Shown here in pieces: positions 1-15,883 of a DNA stretch of 64,000 nt; position 1 is the first letter of the stretch, and every line of letters begins with the position of its first letter. A program made the translations under genes and the position numbers. The notes beneath the pieces are model-generated. The model worked only from the letters and a program-made list of their open reading frames with translations. It was not told the DNA's origin and searched no databases. This DNA comes from the human T2T-CHM13v2.0 reference genome, Homo sapiens: assembly GCF_009914755.1 (NCBI RefSeq), contig NC_060934.1, one strand, 5' to 3'.

Positions 1-47
1 CCTGGGAAACAGAGCAAGACGCTGTCTCAGACAAACAAACTAAAAAA
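1..47 (+). mobile_element. Alu 3' end (cut by window edge)
   Basis: cctggg..agagcaagac..tgtctc followed by an A-rich tail. Confidence 0.85.
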
Positions 48-559
48 GAGTGTGGCAAAATACTTGAGTACCCTCTCTAAATAAATACCCAATATGGTGG
101 AAAGGTTAGATTCTATATTCAAAGAAAGGCAAAACCCTGAGATATTTTTACCTCATAGTTTTATATTCTATCAACAACAGTGCATTGGAAGGCATTAATA
201 TCTATGAAAGAGAAAAAAGAAGTGACTTCAATATGCAATATGTAATCACAGGCCTTGAGAGATTATATGAGGAGGGAGGAGGTGTTAAAGAGTATTAAAA
301 ATGCATATTTAAGTAGTAGCCGAATTCAACACAAGTTTCTGTTCTGTTTCACAACTGCAAATTTCTGTAAGCTAACCATAAATATTCAGTTGAATACAAG
401 AGGAATAACAATTCTTCAATTACCTTATGTTAATGTAACAGTTTCAAAGGTGCCACAGTGAAGTAAACAATGACTCCAGCTCTTAAATTCCCCAAGTTAA
501 AATCACTCTTAAAATCTCCTTTGAAGCTACTTACTAGCTCTCTTGTATGGTGGTGTAGC

Positions 560-3195
560 TGTTTCCTCTACCATGATTTTCAGACTTCTATCCTCTCATC
601 TCTAAAAATCAGTACCTTGAAATCTGAACAGCACATTATACTAACCTACTACCATCAACCAGTCATCCACCACACTCATGCGTACCCTAAAATGTTATTC
701 ATCATGCCATTCAATATTATTTCTGTCCTAGTTTCTGTCCAATAATCATTTCTGGTGATTTCAGTATCCACAGTGATGACTGTTTTAATTGTTCCATTTC
801 TCATTTCTTTGATTTCCTCTTCTTTAATGATTTTGTCCTCAACCTTATCTCAACCACTGACTTACCATGGCATACTCTAGACCAGAGGATCTTTAACTTT
901 ACTCAGGCAATATAAACCTATGGATTATCCTTTCAGACATAAGAAATCCTATCTTAGACCCTTATCATGGCCCCAAACAGCAATCCCTCAAAAATCTCGA
1001 TTTCAAGCATCTTTCTCTCTCTCATGCCACTACCTCCTATTTTTCTTTTTCACATTCAAGTTCCCCTGGACCTAAGATTCACTGATCTCAACACCATTTC
1101 ATTGCTATTCATCTCTCATTTTCTCACTTTTTTGCTCACCAAATGTAAAATCCTAGGTCTATCATTAGAGTAATTCATTTGCCCATCTCTGAATGCATCT
1201 TAGTTTTCCAGCCAAACCCCAATCATCATTAAATCCAACTCTCCACCTACTTTGTTTCTGTATCTAATCAATCAGCTGAACATAGCTGGAGATGAGTGAC
1301 TGTAGGGAAATGAATGATGAATTCATCAAAGATTAACGATGTCAGTTAAAAAATCATGACCAATGTCAAGTCAGTCTTTGCTGTACATAATTTCCTTATT
1401 TCATTCAATCTTTACTCCCCTAGATGACTATTTCATAACTTCTCTTCTCAAATCCTATCAGCTGCTATTTCACTAAAAAGCAGAAGCAATCAGATTTCCA
1501 CAAGCTCTTACCTCTCTCTCACTACCTAGCTACCTACAGCTATTCTCAAATACAGTATCTCTTTCTTCTCTTCTATTACTAGGGATTAAGTTTATGGTAC
1601 TATCTAAGGCCAATTCTACTACTACCTAAAGACAGGGTTCTAGTAATTCCTCCTTAGTTGCATCATCAACTTAATCCTATCTCTGAATTGTTTTCATCAA
1701 CATACAAATATGGTATATTGTCTTCCATTTTACAAAATCTTATCTTCCTCCTAAAGCTCTGCTCCATTTCTCTTTTTCCCAAATGCCTTGTCAATAATCT
1801 CTGTCTCCAATCTACTACCTCCAGTTCTCTAGTAAACTCACTTTATCAGGCTTTTGTTCCCACTATTACACTGAAACTGCTGATCAAGGTTACCAATGAC
1901 TCATTAGCTAAAACTGAATTGTAGATTCTCAGCCTTTATCTTACTTCACTAAGCAGCATTTGACACAACCAGTAATCCCTCCTCTTCGAAACACTTTTTC
2001 CACTAAGCTTTCTGAACATCACTTCTGGATTTCATACCTCCCTGTCCCTTCTTTCTCATATATCTAATCTTTAAAAACTGCTCCAGGGTTTAACACTTAG
2101 GTATGTTCTATATTCACTCTCTACATCAACTCATTCAGTCTGATAGCTTTAAATGCCATTTATATACTGACTACTCCCAGATTCTCCAGCCTAGACCTCT
2201 CCCTTTAACTAACAAACATGATACTTTAAGTAACTGCCTGTCTAAATAAGCATCTCAAATTTAACACATCTAAAAGACAGATTCCCAATCCCCAGTATTA
2301 TTACCGCTATCACCACCACTCTCCAAAATGTCTGCTCCTCCAGTCAATTCTCATCTGAAAAAAAATGGTAACTCTATGTTTTGCAGGAGCCAAAACCTTA
2401 GAACCCATCTTAAACCCTGTCTCTCACATCAGATGCAATTCAGCAACCCACTCTTATCAATTCTGTGTTGGAAATAAATATGAATCTGAGCATTTTTCAC
2501 CACCTCTACCATTGCTATCACCATGATCTAATGCTACCACAGAATCGTTACAATTGCCTCCTAACCGCTCTCCCTGCATCTGCCTCACCCCACACCCCAA
2601 GAGTCTACTATCAACAAAGAAAGTAGAGGGATCCTTTTAAAACCACCTCGTTCATGCCTTCCCATCTCATCCAGAATGAAAGCTTAATCCTTAAAATGTT
2701 CTATAAGGTCCTTCACAAACTATCCCCTGCCATCCTGTTCCCCTTCTGATCTTTTCCTTCTCCTCTCCCACTTTTCACTGCTCTCTGACCATACCACATT
2801 CACTGCTCCTCAAATACGCTAGGCTCATTCCCAATCTCAGGGGCTGTGTATTTTGCTCTTCCTTAGGCCTGGTACTTACTCCAGACATCTACGTGACTAG
2901 CTTCCTTGTTTCCTTCAGGTCTTCACTCAAAAGTCACCTACTCGGAGAGGCATTCTCTGGCTCCCTTATCTAAAATGTCACCTCCGCCCCCTCAACATTC
3001 ATGCTTTTATTTTCTTTCCTGGTACTTTATCTTACATACCATTCATCATACTCATTTATCTTCTTATCTTTTGTCTCTCCTTCCATAAACTGATTTCCAT
3101 AAGGGCAGCAATTTGATCCACTTCCTTTCACAACTTTATTCCCAGTGCCTGATATGTACAAGGCATGCAATAAGTATCTGCTGAATGGATAAATC
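560..3195 (+). mobile_element. Long LINE-2 (L2a-like) relic
   Basis: Decayed endonuclease motif GDFSIH (754-771) and HTLD (~871-882), RT motif AAFDT (1953-1967), L2 3' end cccagtgcctg..caataagtatctgctgaatggat. Confidence 0.8.
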
Positions 3196-4215
3196 TAGGA
3201 TTGCCCCCTCATACTTCAATCTTTAACTGCTATCCAACACCTGTCAAAGACTAAATAACACTGATATTTGAAGATGCTTGTGTGAAAACGGTCTTCAAAT
3301 ACCACAGGATAAAGTATTAATGCCCATTAGTACATACTCAAAATTCTATCATTTTATAAAGCTGTATTTTTAGACCTCAGTAGCTTTCTTCTCTGTAGAA
3401 ACAACAGTAAGTTATTGTGTAATGTTCTGTTCCTGGCTTTCACTGAGAATTATTATTTTTTAACAGCCACATGAAGAACCTCCACGCAAACCACAAAACT
3501 ATTATAAACATCACTATTAATTACAACATTTAATATTACTTAAAGAGAAATGCGTTCTTTTTAAACTCAGCCAGGAAAAACAATCTCTTAAAAATTTATT
3601 TATTTCATTACTTACCAAATATATCCCTGACTCTCAACAACTCCACACAAGTAACAAATTTCAGAATTAAACACTTACCATTTGTTCATACATTTAAGTT
3701 GAGGAGGATATTTCTATTGAACCACCTCAGTTTACACGGATGGTTTTTAAGGCCTTATTTCTATTTTATCAATCTTATTCATAGTTATCCTTAACAAAAG
3801 TCACCTCAAATTATTTTATTTAGGTAAATAATTGAAAAACAGACCGTATAATTCTCTAATACTATCATATATAAAAACAACATGTAGATCATAAAAAAGT
3901 CACTTATATGTCATGAAGTCACTTCACTGACATATATACTGCAGTCCTTCTAGTCTACAGTTTATTTTTTTAAGTAATTTGACATAACAAAGTTAACTAG
4001 GAACTTATTTCTCTATCAGCTACAAGGATGACAATACCTACCAATTAGAGAACAGTGCGTATGCAGCAAGGGAATGAGATACAATGATGCCTAAGGTGAC
4101 AGTGAGATATGAAAGCAACCTTAATCTACAGACAGTGTAAAGACACTGAGAAACATAGGCACATTACAGAAAACTAACCAGGATTACTGATGGATATTTT
4201 TTCAGTAACTATTGC

Positions 4216-4484
<269 letters not shown>

Positions 4485-4520
<36 letters not shown>
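4485..4520 (+). repeat. Compound microsatellite (TA)8(GA)10 on the Alu tail
   Basis: Direct read. Confidence 0.95.
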
Positions 4521-4521
<1 letters not shown>

Positions 4522-5409
4522 CGCAAGCGTGCGAGCACACGAAGGAGAGTCGATTAAGGAAGTATTACTCAAATCAATAAGAAAATTCTGCAATTTCAGT
4601 AAACATCCAGACATTCACATCTGCCTTTATAATACCTCAAATGATTCTAATTACATTGTTTTTCATTCAGAAGTTTCTAATCAACAAAATTCAAACACAT
4701 TCTCTGAGCATCCACCAAATAATGGTAGCCTTTATAAAAAGTTTCTATGATCTACCTCTTAGAACCCCAGGAGACAACTGAGTCTCAGAAGGAAGAGAAC
4801 CACCAGACTGTTGCTGGATATTTTAATTCAAAATATCTTCCTTGAAGACTGAGCCTTGAGGTTACTGACCTTTATTACTGTACTGTCTACTGAAGTCTCC
4901 CTAACACTAAGTGTGCACAACCAGGTTTAGTAAAAGAAACATAAAACGGCACTGTGGTAACGGCTTCATACAATTTCACTCAATTCATATAACAACCCTT
5001 TTAGGTAAAATAGTACCTATCTTATAGATCAAAAAAGCCATGGTTCAGAGAGGTTAAATCATACAAGTTAACAGTTATGAAGACAACCTACTATGAAGTC
5101 ACTAACACAAACAAGTAGGAGGAAAAGTGCTTGAGGTCAGGGAAAACTTCCTGGAAGAACTGTGCTTTAAAAGGACAGTAGGAATTAACCAGGCACAGAG
5201 TAGGTGTAAAGGCAAAGGGATTGTAGGAAAAAGGCACAAACAGAAAAAGGCCGTGTGTAAAACAGTATTGCATATACAAAAGAACTGAAAGCTCTCTTTA
5301 ATCCATTTATTTAGAAGACTCTCCCTTTTTTACACGGTTTAGACTGAATCTTGACAGTCACTTAATTCTGTAACTCCTAAAGGTGTCCTTGGATTCTATT
5401 ACTGGGACC

Positions 5410-5660
5410 TAGTATAACACAAAAGAAAGTGGACTCTGGAGTCATAGGACCTGGGTTCAAATACTAGTTATCAGTTATAATATGCATGAGCTGGAGAAAT
5501 TCTTCTAGTCTCTTTATTCCTCAGTTTCCAGACCTATAAAATGGAAATAATAGTAGTAATGAACTTACAAAGTTTCCATGGGGACGAAGTAAGCTAATAC
5601 ATATAAAGTGCTCAAGATTAAGACAATACGTAGCACACAGGAAGTACTATATTAATGGGA
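5410..5660 (+). mobile_element. MIR
   Basis: ggagtca..gacctgggttcaaat and cctcagtttcc..taaaatggaaataatagta core. Confidence 0.75.
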
Positions 5661-6989
5661 ACTAATACCAATCACTCCTCCCTTCCTCCTGCATTAGATC
5701 ATAAGTCCTTCTCAAAATTATCTCATTTTGAGTTCCTCAACTTTACTTAACGCCCTCTTCTCAGTTTTCCTTTTCCAAGCATCACCCAGTTTTCAACAAA
5801 ATCACATCATAATCAGCTGCTGACTTAAAGGGTTAACTCCAACATATGGTGGGAGTGAAAAAAACCCTGACTTTGATCCCTTTGTACTGCCACACTCAAC
5901 CCTCTTCCTTTGTTTTTATTCTCATTATTCAATCACTTTCAGTTCTCTGGCCTGTTATTCTACGGCTATTATAATCACCTTAATAAATACCTTTGTATTC
6001 TGCTCCTCTCAATCCTCTTCTCAATGTTAACAGCGTTAGGTGTTTTTGAAGCATGGGAGACCCAAGTGAATAACATGTACTAGACATTTAAATATTCAAG
6101 AATATTTATATAGCACCTGTTATTTGTAAAGCACTGTTCTGTGGACTACACATCTAAGGTATTAAATGTACATACTGATGACTGGTTGAGGTAACTGGTG
6201 AGATCTTCAGCAAGAAAATTAGACCTGGTAAAATGATGTACAGACAAGCAACCAAAAATACTGTCCAAAGATTCAGGAAGACTGATCTAATCAAGAGTTG
6301 AGTTTTGCCATTACAGGGTAAAGAGTATAGTGAACAAGCCCAGAGTAGGATGTCCTAGACTGCCAGGGAGAAAAAACGCCAACAATTTTTAAACCTGGGT
6401 ATATATCAATTTGAAATCAGTTATTCTTAATAAATCTAGGATACCAGAGAACTTACAATGCAGTTTAAAGTATATCACACGCACACACAAAATACATTAA
6501 GACAATGTTGAATATATATGAAGAAAGTATGTGTATTCATATTTGTTTCAGATTTGACTCAAGAACGATTAAACTTATAAACTTCTAAAAAGAAGAGACT
6601 TAGGTCATTATATCATCTGTAACTTCTAGCAATGCAGCAGAATGTTATGTATTTAATGTGCATAAAATAAATGCATTATAATTCAAAATGTAACCAACCA
6701 GAAAACGAAGAGAAAGTTTTCAAGATGGCATAAAAATGTGGCAAGTGTTTCTGTTTCCATGCCATACATTTCTTGCCTCCAAGCAAATATTCACATTATT
6801 CTCCTCTCTGGAATACAGTCTCTTCATCAAACACAACTCTTACCCATCCTTTATATAATCCAGCTTCTCCATTAAGCCTTCCTGTCATAGAAAGTATAAC
6901 AATGCCACATTTTCATATTGTTCCTTCTCTTAATATCTACAGCACTTATTACTACATAATCCAATCCTTAAGTATTGAGTTTTTTTTCC

Positions 6990-8075
6990 TCCTAACACCA
7001 AATACATGATGTCTTTTCCAATACCACTTCTCCGACTCTCTGACATCAACTAGGTGCCCTACAATTCAATTCTGACACTACCCAGAGTTAGCATCAGACT
7101 CCACAGATTTAAGTCTCACAAGACTGCCATTACTTCATACACCAGTCACAAGCATGGGGTTCCCCAATCCTCTGATTGATCAACTGACCAGCAATAATTG
7201 GGGGCTCCCAGGCCCCCTCCTCCAGTTAGGTAATTTGGTGCAATAACTCACAGAACTCAGGAAAGCATTTTCTTACTAGATTATTATTATAAAGGATACA
7301 ACCCAAGAACCACCAAATAGAAGAAATGCATGGGGTGAGGTAGGAAGTAAGGGAGCTTCCAGCTTCCACACCCTCTCTCAGGGTGTCACCCTCTCAACTC
7401 TCCAAATCCCATCATTTACAGGGTTTTGTTTTTTTTGTTTTGTTTTGCTTTTTCTTCTTTTGACACAGGGTCTGACTCTGTCACCCACGCTGGGATGCAG
7501 TGGCAGCATCTTGGCTCACTGCAACCTCTTCTTCCTGAGTCAAGTGATTCTCCAGCCTCAGCCTCCCGAGTAGCTGGGACTACAGGTGTGAGCCACCGCA
7601 CCCCGCTAATTTTTGTAATGGTTGTAGAAACAGGGTTTTGCTATGTTGCCCAGGCTGGTCTCAAACTCCTGAGCTCAAAGGCACCCACCCAACTTGGCCT
7701 CCCAAAGTACTGGGATTACAGGCGTGAGCCACTGCTCCCAGCCTTTTGACAGGTTTTTATAGAGGTCTGGTTACATATGCAAACCTTTTATAGAGGTTTG
7801 GTTACATATGCCACTGGTAATTTACTCTATCTCCAGTCACTCCCCACTCCCCAGAGGTTAGGGCATGGAGATGAGAGTGTTCCAAGCTTCTATTCAAGGT
7901 CTGGTCTTTCTGGTGACCAGACCATACCCTGAAGTTATCTAGAAGTCCACCAAGGGTTGCCTCATAGAAGAAATGACACTTCTATCACCCCTATCACTCG
8001 GGAGAGTCCAAGGGTATCAGAAGCTCTGTGCCAGGAACTGGGAACAAATAACAAACATGTTTCTAAATATACAAC
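6990..8075 (-). mobile_element. MER21-family LTR, interrupted by an Alu
   Basis: ctacaattcaattctgacactacccagagttagc, ctcacagaactcagg and gtgccaggaactggg match the recalled MER21 consensus. Confidence 0.7.
7424..7744 (-). mobile_element. Alu (J-like) inside MER21
   Basis: Full dimeric Alu in reverse orientation. Confidence 0.93.
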
Positions 8076-8403
8076 TGTATACAGTAGTATGAATCAACCG
8101 CTGAATATTCATCAACTCTCTCCACTAGAAGTAGAAATTTCTTGAGAACGGGTTTACTTCTTAAATGCTATGTTAGCCTACAACACTGACCACATACATA
8201 ATCAATACTTGATATTTATACATTCAAAACATTTACTGAGAGTCAATTCATAACAGTAAGTGACTGAGGAGTTTTCTGATTTCATATATGCATATTACAG
8301 AGTTTTATTTTATTGGTTTTACTAGGATTTTTTCAAAATAAAAAGTGATGCATCTCAAAGAATTAAAGATAAATTTCAAAAAATTCTAGGACATTTCTAT
8401 TTA

Positions 8404-8721
<318 letters not shown>

Positions 8722-8743
8722 TAATTAAACAAACAATTACTGA

Positions 8744-8932
<189 letters not shown>

Positions 8933-9027
8933 TGAATACCTACTATCCACTAAGCAATGTTCTCAATGCTGGGAATACAGTTTATCAAAGCTGATAAAAG
9001 TCCATTTAATGGAGCAATTTAATTCTA

Positions 9028-9373
<346 letters not shown>

Positions 9374-9976
9374 AGAAATAAGAGACAAAGCAAGTAGAGT
9401 GATATTTGGTGATAGATGATAGAAAATGTTGACAGAGGAGGGAAGAGGTCAATTTTAGATAAGGTAGTCTTCAAAGAAGACCAAAATGAGCAAGCATGTT
9501 AACATTTGAACATACTTACCAGAAAGAAGTGATGGAGTCATGTGGGTATCTTTGGGGAAAAAATTCTAGACAGAGAAACAAGTGCAAAGGCCATAAGGGG
9601 AGACCAGACCTGACATGTTCAAGGAACAGCAAAAAGGCCAAGTAAGAGGGTAATAGAAGATAATGTCGATGTGGAATGACTGGAAAGCAGGATATCATGT
9701 AGAGTCTCTCAGCCCATTATAAGGCCTTCATCTTTTATTCTTAATCAGTTTAGAAGCCTTTGGAGGCATCTGACCATAAAAGTAACATAATCTGACTGTT
9801 TGCTATAGGCACTATAGACTTTTATGGGTAAGAACTAGTTAGGAGGCAGTTAGATATCTAGTTACAAGTAACTAGTTAAGTGACTACTAGAAATAGACTC
9901 AACAGACTCTTAAGAGGAAAATCTAGGCAAAAGATAATGTAGGTTTGAACTAGTATAATGCTAATAGAAAAAATGA

Positions 9977-10304
<328 letters not shown>

Positions 10305-11855
10305 CTGGGATCTGAATATGTTTTATAGATAGAACCAACAAGACTTTCTTGACAGTTTGGATATGGGATGTGAGAGAAAGGAGTCCAGGATGACTGCAAG
10401 GGACCTAAACTAGAAGGATGGAGTTGCTATTTACTGGATAATGAAGACTCAAGGCAGAACAGGTTAGTATCAGGAACTCAGCTGCGGACATATTAAGTCT
10501 GAGATGCCTATTAGACATCCAAATAGAGACAATGAATAAGCTGTTTCAACAAGAGTCTGAGATTTAGGGGAGAGATCCAAACAAGGACATAGATATAGAA
10601 GTCTCCAGCATATAGATGGTATTAAAGGTTATAGGAATAGATGTGACCAAGAACAAGAGCGTAGCTAGAAAAGACGTCCAAGAAATTAGCCCTTAAAGGA
10701 TTGTAGATATGAGGAAAACCTTCCAAGGAGAGGCAAGAAAGACAGATACGAGAAAAACCAAGTGAGCATAATGTCCTAGGATGCAAAATAAACAAAGTAC
10801 TTGAAGGAAAAGAAGGTGATTAACCATATTAAATGCTGCTGATAAGCCCAGTAAAATGAAGACTGGAAAATGATGCTTGATTTTAAAAAGACGAGGTAAT
10901 TTGCAACCTTGATCACTGCAGTTTCCTTGGAGTAATGGGGGCAAAAGCCTTTCTAGAGCAGGTTCAAGTCATAATAGGAGTCAACAAACTGGGGACAATC
11001 TGTATAATACCAAGCACTTTACAAGCCAAAGAAGCCAAAGATAGAGACTATTTTCCTTACAAACTAGAGATTCCAGTTTCTCTGGAATCACCAGGAATTT
11101 CCTATCTTTGTGACATACTCTGTTATTATATTTATGTTTCAGGTTATTTGTGAGGGATAGGTATAACTCTAAGGACAAAATATCTGTAAGCATTTTATAA
11201 CCAGGAAAAAAAAAAAAAGACAAAACAGTATTTAAATAAAAATTCATCTTCTCAAGAGACTCTTAACAAGAGGAAGGAACAGTAAGTGTTAATAGTCACA
11301 TTTTTATCAAGCAAGTTTCTCAAGCTTGAACTCATACACAGCCTCCCATAGAGCACATCACATCACAAAAGCACTCAAAGGTTTATAGCTTCCCTGACCT
11401 CAATTCAGTTCTTCTCCATGTTCCCACATTATTTCTACAAAGCTTCTCAGACACCTCCTCTTTATCAACATAGTAAAAAGCAGGCTACAGTATCTGGAAA
11501 ACTTTGGAACAGAGGAAGAAAAAAACTATAATATTAAAAGGTACAAAATGTTAATGCATTTAGATTCCCCTTCATTTTTATTTTTGTCTGTAATAAACTT
11601 CAACATATTCTAGACCTCTTTCATTTCCCAATGAACAATTAAGTGACCAGTCAAAATTTCACTAAGCTTATATATTTTCCTTCACATCTGCTGGGTACTC
11701 TAACATGAATCATAATATTCCAAATTACTTAGATGGACAGAAATAATAAAGGTAACAGTTTATAACCTGAAGTGATCAAATCTTATTTTCTATGGTTTTG
11801 TGGCATCAATATCACAACTAAAAGGAATCAGCAGTATAAGTGCATTGTCCATCTA

Positions 11856-12149
<294 letters not shown>

Positions 12150-12177
12150 TTATTGCTTTTGTCCTATGTAAAAATAA

Positions 12178-12588
<411 letters not shown>

Positions 12589-12966
12589 TAATACATTTTA
12601 AAATATCACAAGTACCTCAGCCAAGAATTCAGAGTATAACCATTTGTTGTTTGAAGTGGATACATTCTGATCTGTTATTTCCTCAACCCTATCAATGTTT
12701 AAAAACATTAGAACCTGAAGGAAATACATGAGAAAGTCAGTTTGCTATTCTCCAAATTTTAACCCTTGCTAAAGTATAGTGTTCTAGAGAAATAGAAATA
12801 AAGCAGTTCTCTAAAACTTGACAGAGGTGAGAAATCATTTGAAGTCTATTGCAGAGAATTAAAAGAACTCTATAAAAGGTCTACATATATATCATGCTAA
12901 ACACATTGGGATTGTATTGAATAGATAACAGCATTTTGAAAAAGTAGTGTTTAAGATACTTCAGGA

Positions 12967-13277
12967 GGTCGGGCGCGGTGGCTCACACCTGTAATCCCAG
13001 CACTTTGGAGGCAGAGGTGGGCGAATCACCTGAAGTCAGGAGTTCGAGACCAGCCTGGCCAACATGGTGAAACCCCTTCTCTACTAAAAATACAAAAATT
13101 AGCCAGGTGCGGTGGCGTGTGCCTGTAATTCCAGCTACTCAGGAGGCTGAGACGGGAGAATCACTTGAACCCAGGAGGCAGAGGCTGCAGTGAGCCAAGA
13201 TCTCACCACTGCACTCCAGCCTTGATGACAGAGCAAGACTCCATCTCAAAAATAAAATAAAATAAAATAAAATAAAA
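12967..13277 (+). mobile_element. AluS with (TAAAA)n tail
   Basis: Full dimeric Alu. Confidence 0.95.
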
Positions 13278-13699
13278 TGTAAAGGATTCTAATATATACT
13301 TGCTTTGTATAGTAAATAATCATCACTAAAATGTTTTTAAATCTGTATTTTGAATGAGAAATTTTTTGTTACAGTTTCACTTGAAGATGAACTGGTACAC
13401 AATCTAAAAGTGAAATTCTGTAAAATAAATATTATATTTCCATTGATCATAATGATAAAACAAAAGACATGATAAGGAAATAACATCTTGAACAGTTTAT
13501 TAAAACTTTAGGCAAGATTTAAGAAGCTAGTAACATTATTTCACTTTTTCTTTATAACACTTTTCATATATATAAAGTCTACTGTAACTTTATTAAGCCT
13601 ACGAATGAAAAAAGCTACCAAGCTATTATATGAGCTAAAAATATATACTGGGAAAAGAAAGATCACATTATTTTTATTCCAAAAGTTGTGTCTGAAGAA

Positions 13700-13960
13700 A
13701 CAAATGAGTAAAAGATATGTATTAATGATTCAGGCATATATCAATATACATCTAAGTGTCAAAATATATAGTGTCTAAGAATAAGCCTAACAAACACAGG
13801 ACGTATATGAAGAAAATCATATCCACTGGAGAATATTTAAAAAAATCAAACATGAATAGCTGGAGGGATACTACATGTTATTTGAAGTGCAGACTCAGTA
13901 ATGAAAAGATATTCATACTTCCTAAATTAGTCTATAAAACTGTACACAATTCCAAGCAAA
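13700..13960 (+). mobile_element. Old L1M ORF2 fragment (continues at ~17480-17850)
   Basis: ORF 13756 reads NSWRDTTCYLKCRLSNEKIFILPKLVYK, similar to L1 ORF2 [28 protein letters not shown]. Confidence 0.7.
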
Positions 13961-13964
13961 GTTA

Positions 13965-14275
13965 GGCCAGGTGTGACGGTTCTTGCCTGTAATCCCAGCA
14001 TTTTGGGAGGCCGAGGTGGGAAGATCACTTGAGGCCAGTTTGAGACCAGCCTGGGCAACAAAGGGACACTCCATCTTCAAAAAAAATTTAAAAATTAGGC
14101 AGGCATGGTGGCACATACCTGTGGACCCAGTAACTTGGGAGGCTGAGATAGGAGGCTCACTTGGGCCCAGGAGGTCCGGGCTACAATGAGCTGTGATTGT
14201 GCCACTGCACTCCAGTATGGGTGACAGAGTGAGACCCTGTCTCAAAAAACAAAAAACAAAAAAAGAGGAAAAGAA
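13965..14275 (+). mobile_element. AluJ
   Basis: TSD aagcaaa(g/a)ttag at 13954-13965 and 14276-14287. Confidence 0.93.
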
Positions 14276-14371
14276 AAGCAAAATTAGACCAGGGTATTAG
14301 TGTGAGAAAGGCAAAGAAACAATGAAAGGCATCACAAAATAATTTTTTTTTTTTAGTTAAATGCAATTAAA

Positions 14372-14607
14372 GCCAGGTGCAGAGGTACCCATCTGTAGTT
14401 CCTGCTAATTGGAAGGCTGTGGCAGGAGGATCATTTGAGGCCAGGGGTGTAAAAAAGGATATTCATACACTGATGTTCACAGCAGCATTATTACCATAGC
14501 AGCATTATTACCATTATTACCATGACTCTGCCTGTGAACAGCCATAGGACTACTGCCTGGGTAAAAGAGTGAGATCATGTCTCTTAAAAAGAGAAATTAA
14601 AAAAAAA
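14372..14607 (+). mobile_element. FAM-like Alu monomer with a foreign internal insert
   Basis: 7SL/FAM-type 3' signature gcctgtgaacagcca at ~14530-14544. Confidence 0.65.
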
Positions 14608-15561
14608 TTATATACCATAACTGAGATTTATTGCTGGAATGCGAGGATGGTTCAACACACAAAAGTCAATAAATACAATACATTCACATAATGAAGGGAA
14701 AAAAAATTTTATGATCATCTCAATTGATGCAGATAAAGCATGTGACAAAGTCAACATTTTTTCATAAAACACTCTACCAACTAGGAAAAGAAGGAAAATA
14801 CAGCATAATGAAGGCCAGGTATGAACATTCCACAGCTAACATCATACTCAATGGTGAAACACTAAAAGCTTTTTCTCTAAGATCAAGAGCAAGACAAGGA
14901 TACCTGCTGTTGCCACTTCTATTCAACGCAGCATTGGACTAGTCAGAAACTTAGATAAGACATTCAAATTGGAAAAGAAGAAGTAAAATTACCTCTGTTC
15001 AAATGACATAATTTGTTATGTACAAAACCCTAACAATTTCACACACACACAGAAAAAAAAAAAAAAACTCTTAGAGCTAACAGATTCGGCAATGTTGCAG
15101 TATACAAAAATCAACACAGATAAATCAGTTGTGTTTCTATAAATCAACAATGGACAATCTGAAAAGGAAATTATTAAAGCAATTCCATTTACAGTAACAT
15201 CAAAAAAATAATACGTAAGAAACCAAGGAGACAAATGACTGGTACATATCAAAGGAAATTAAACACACAAATAAATGGAAAGACATCTGTGTTTGTGGAT
15301 CAGAAAATCCGATATTAAGATATCAGCACTACCCAAAGCCATCTACAGATTCAATACATACAAACCCTATTAATATCCCCATGTTTTCTACAGAAATAGA
15401 AAAATCAATTCTGAAATCCACATGGAATCGCAGGGGACCCTTAACAGCCAAAACAATCTTGAAAAAGAACAGAGTTGAATAACTCACACTTCCTGATTTC
15501 AAACTTACTACAAACCCACAGTAATCAAAAACGCTGCAGGACTGGGATAAAGACAGCTATA

Positions 15562-15883
15562 CTGTCGGTCCTCTGTACTGCATTCATGAGTTCAACCAAT
15601 GATAGATCAAAAATATTCAGAAAAAAATTAAAAAAATATGAATTTGAAAAATACAGTATAACAACTATTTACAGAGCATTTACACTGCATTAGGTATTAT
15701 AAGTACTATATAGCACTGACATTGTATTAGGAATTTTAAGTATTCTAGAGATGACTGAACATATACAGAAAGAAGTATGTAGGTTACATGCAAATACTAT
15801 GCCACCTTAAGGCTGATAAAGCACTTGACCATCCATGGATTTGGGGGCTCTAATCAATCCCCCACGATACTGAGAGACAACTG
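15562..15883 (-). mobile_element. MER2 (TcMar-Tigger) DNA transposon
   Basis: Degenerate terminal inverted repeats ctgtcggtcctctgta / tactgagagacaactg, flanked by TA on both sides. Confidence 0.8.

Noticed and set aside
878-960. About 70-bp stretch between two tagacc hexamers within the L2
   Set aside because: Could be a small insertion with a TSD, but a 6-bp match in a decayed element is too weak to call.
3609-3682. Two nearby minus-strand GTAAGT donors as a hidden exon
   Set aside because: No convincing acceptor or coding signal upstream; such hexamers are common in long introns.
14724-14942. RT-like ORFs as an active retroelement or novel reverse-transcriptase system (also 10693..10944 and 42295..42573)
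   Set aside because: Short, frameshifted remnants of ordinary L1 and L2 ORF2.
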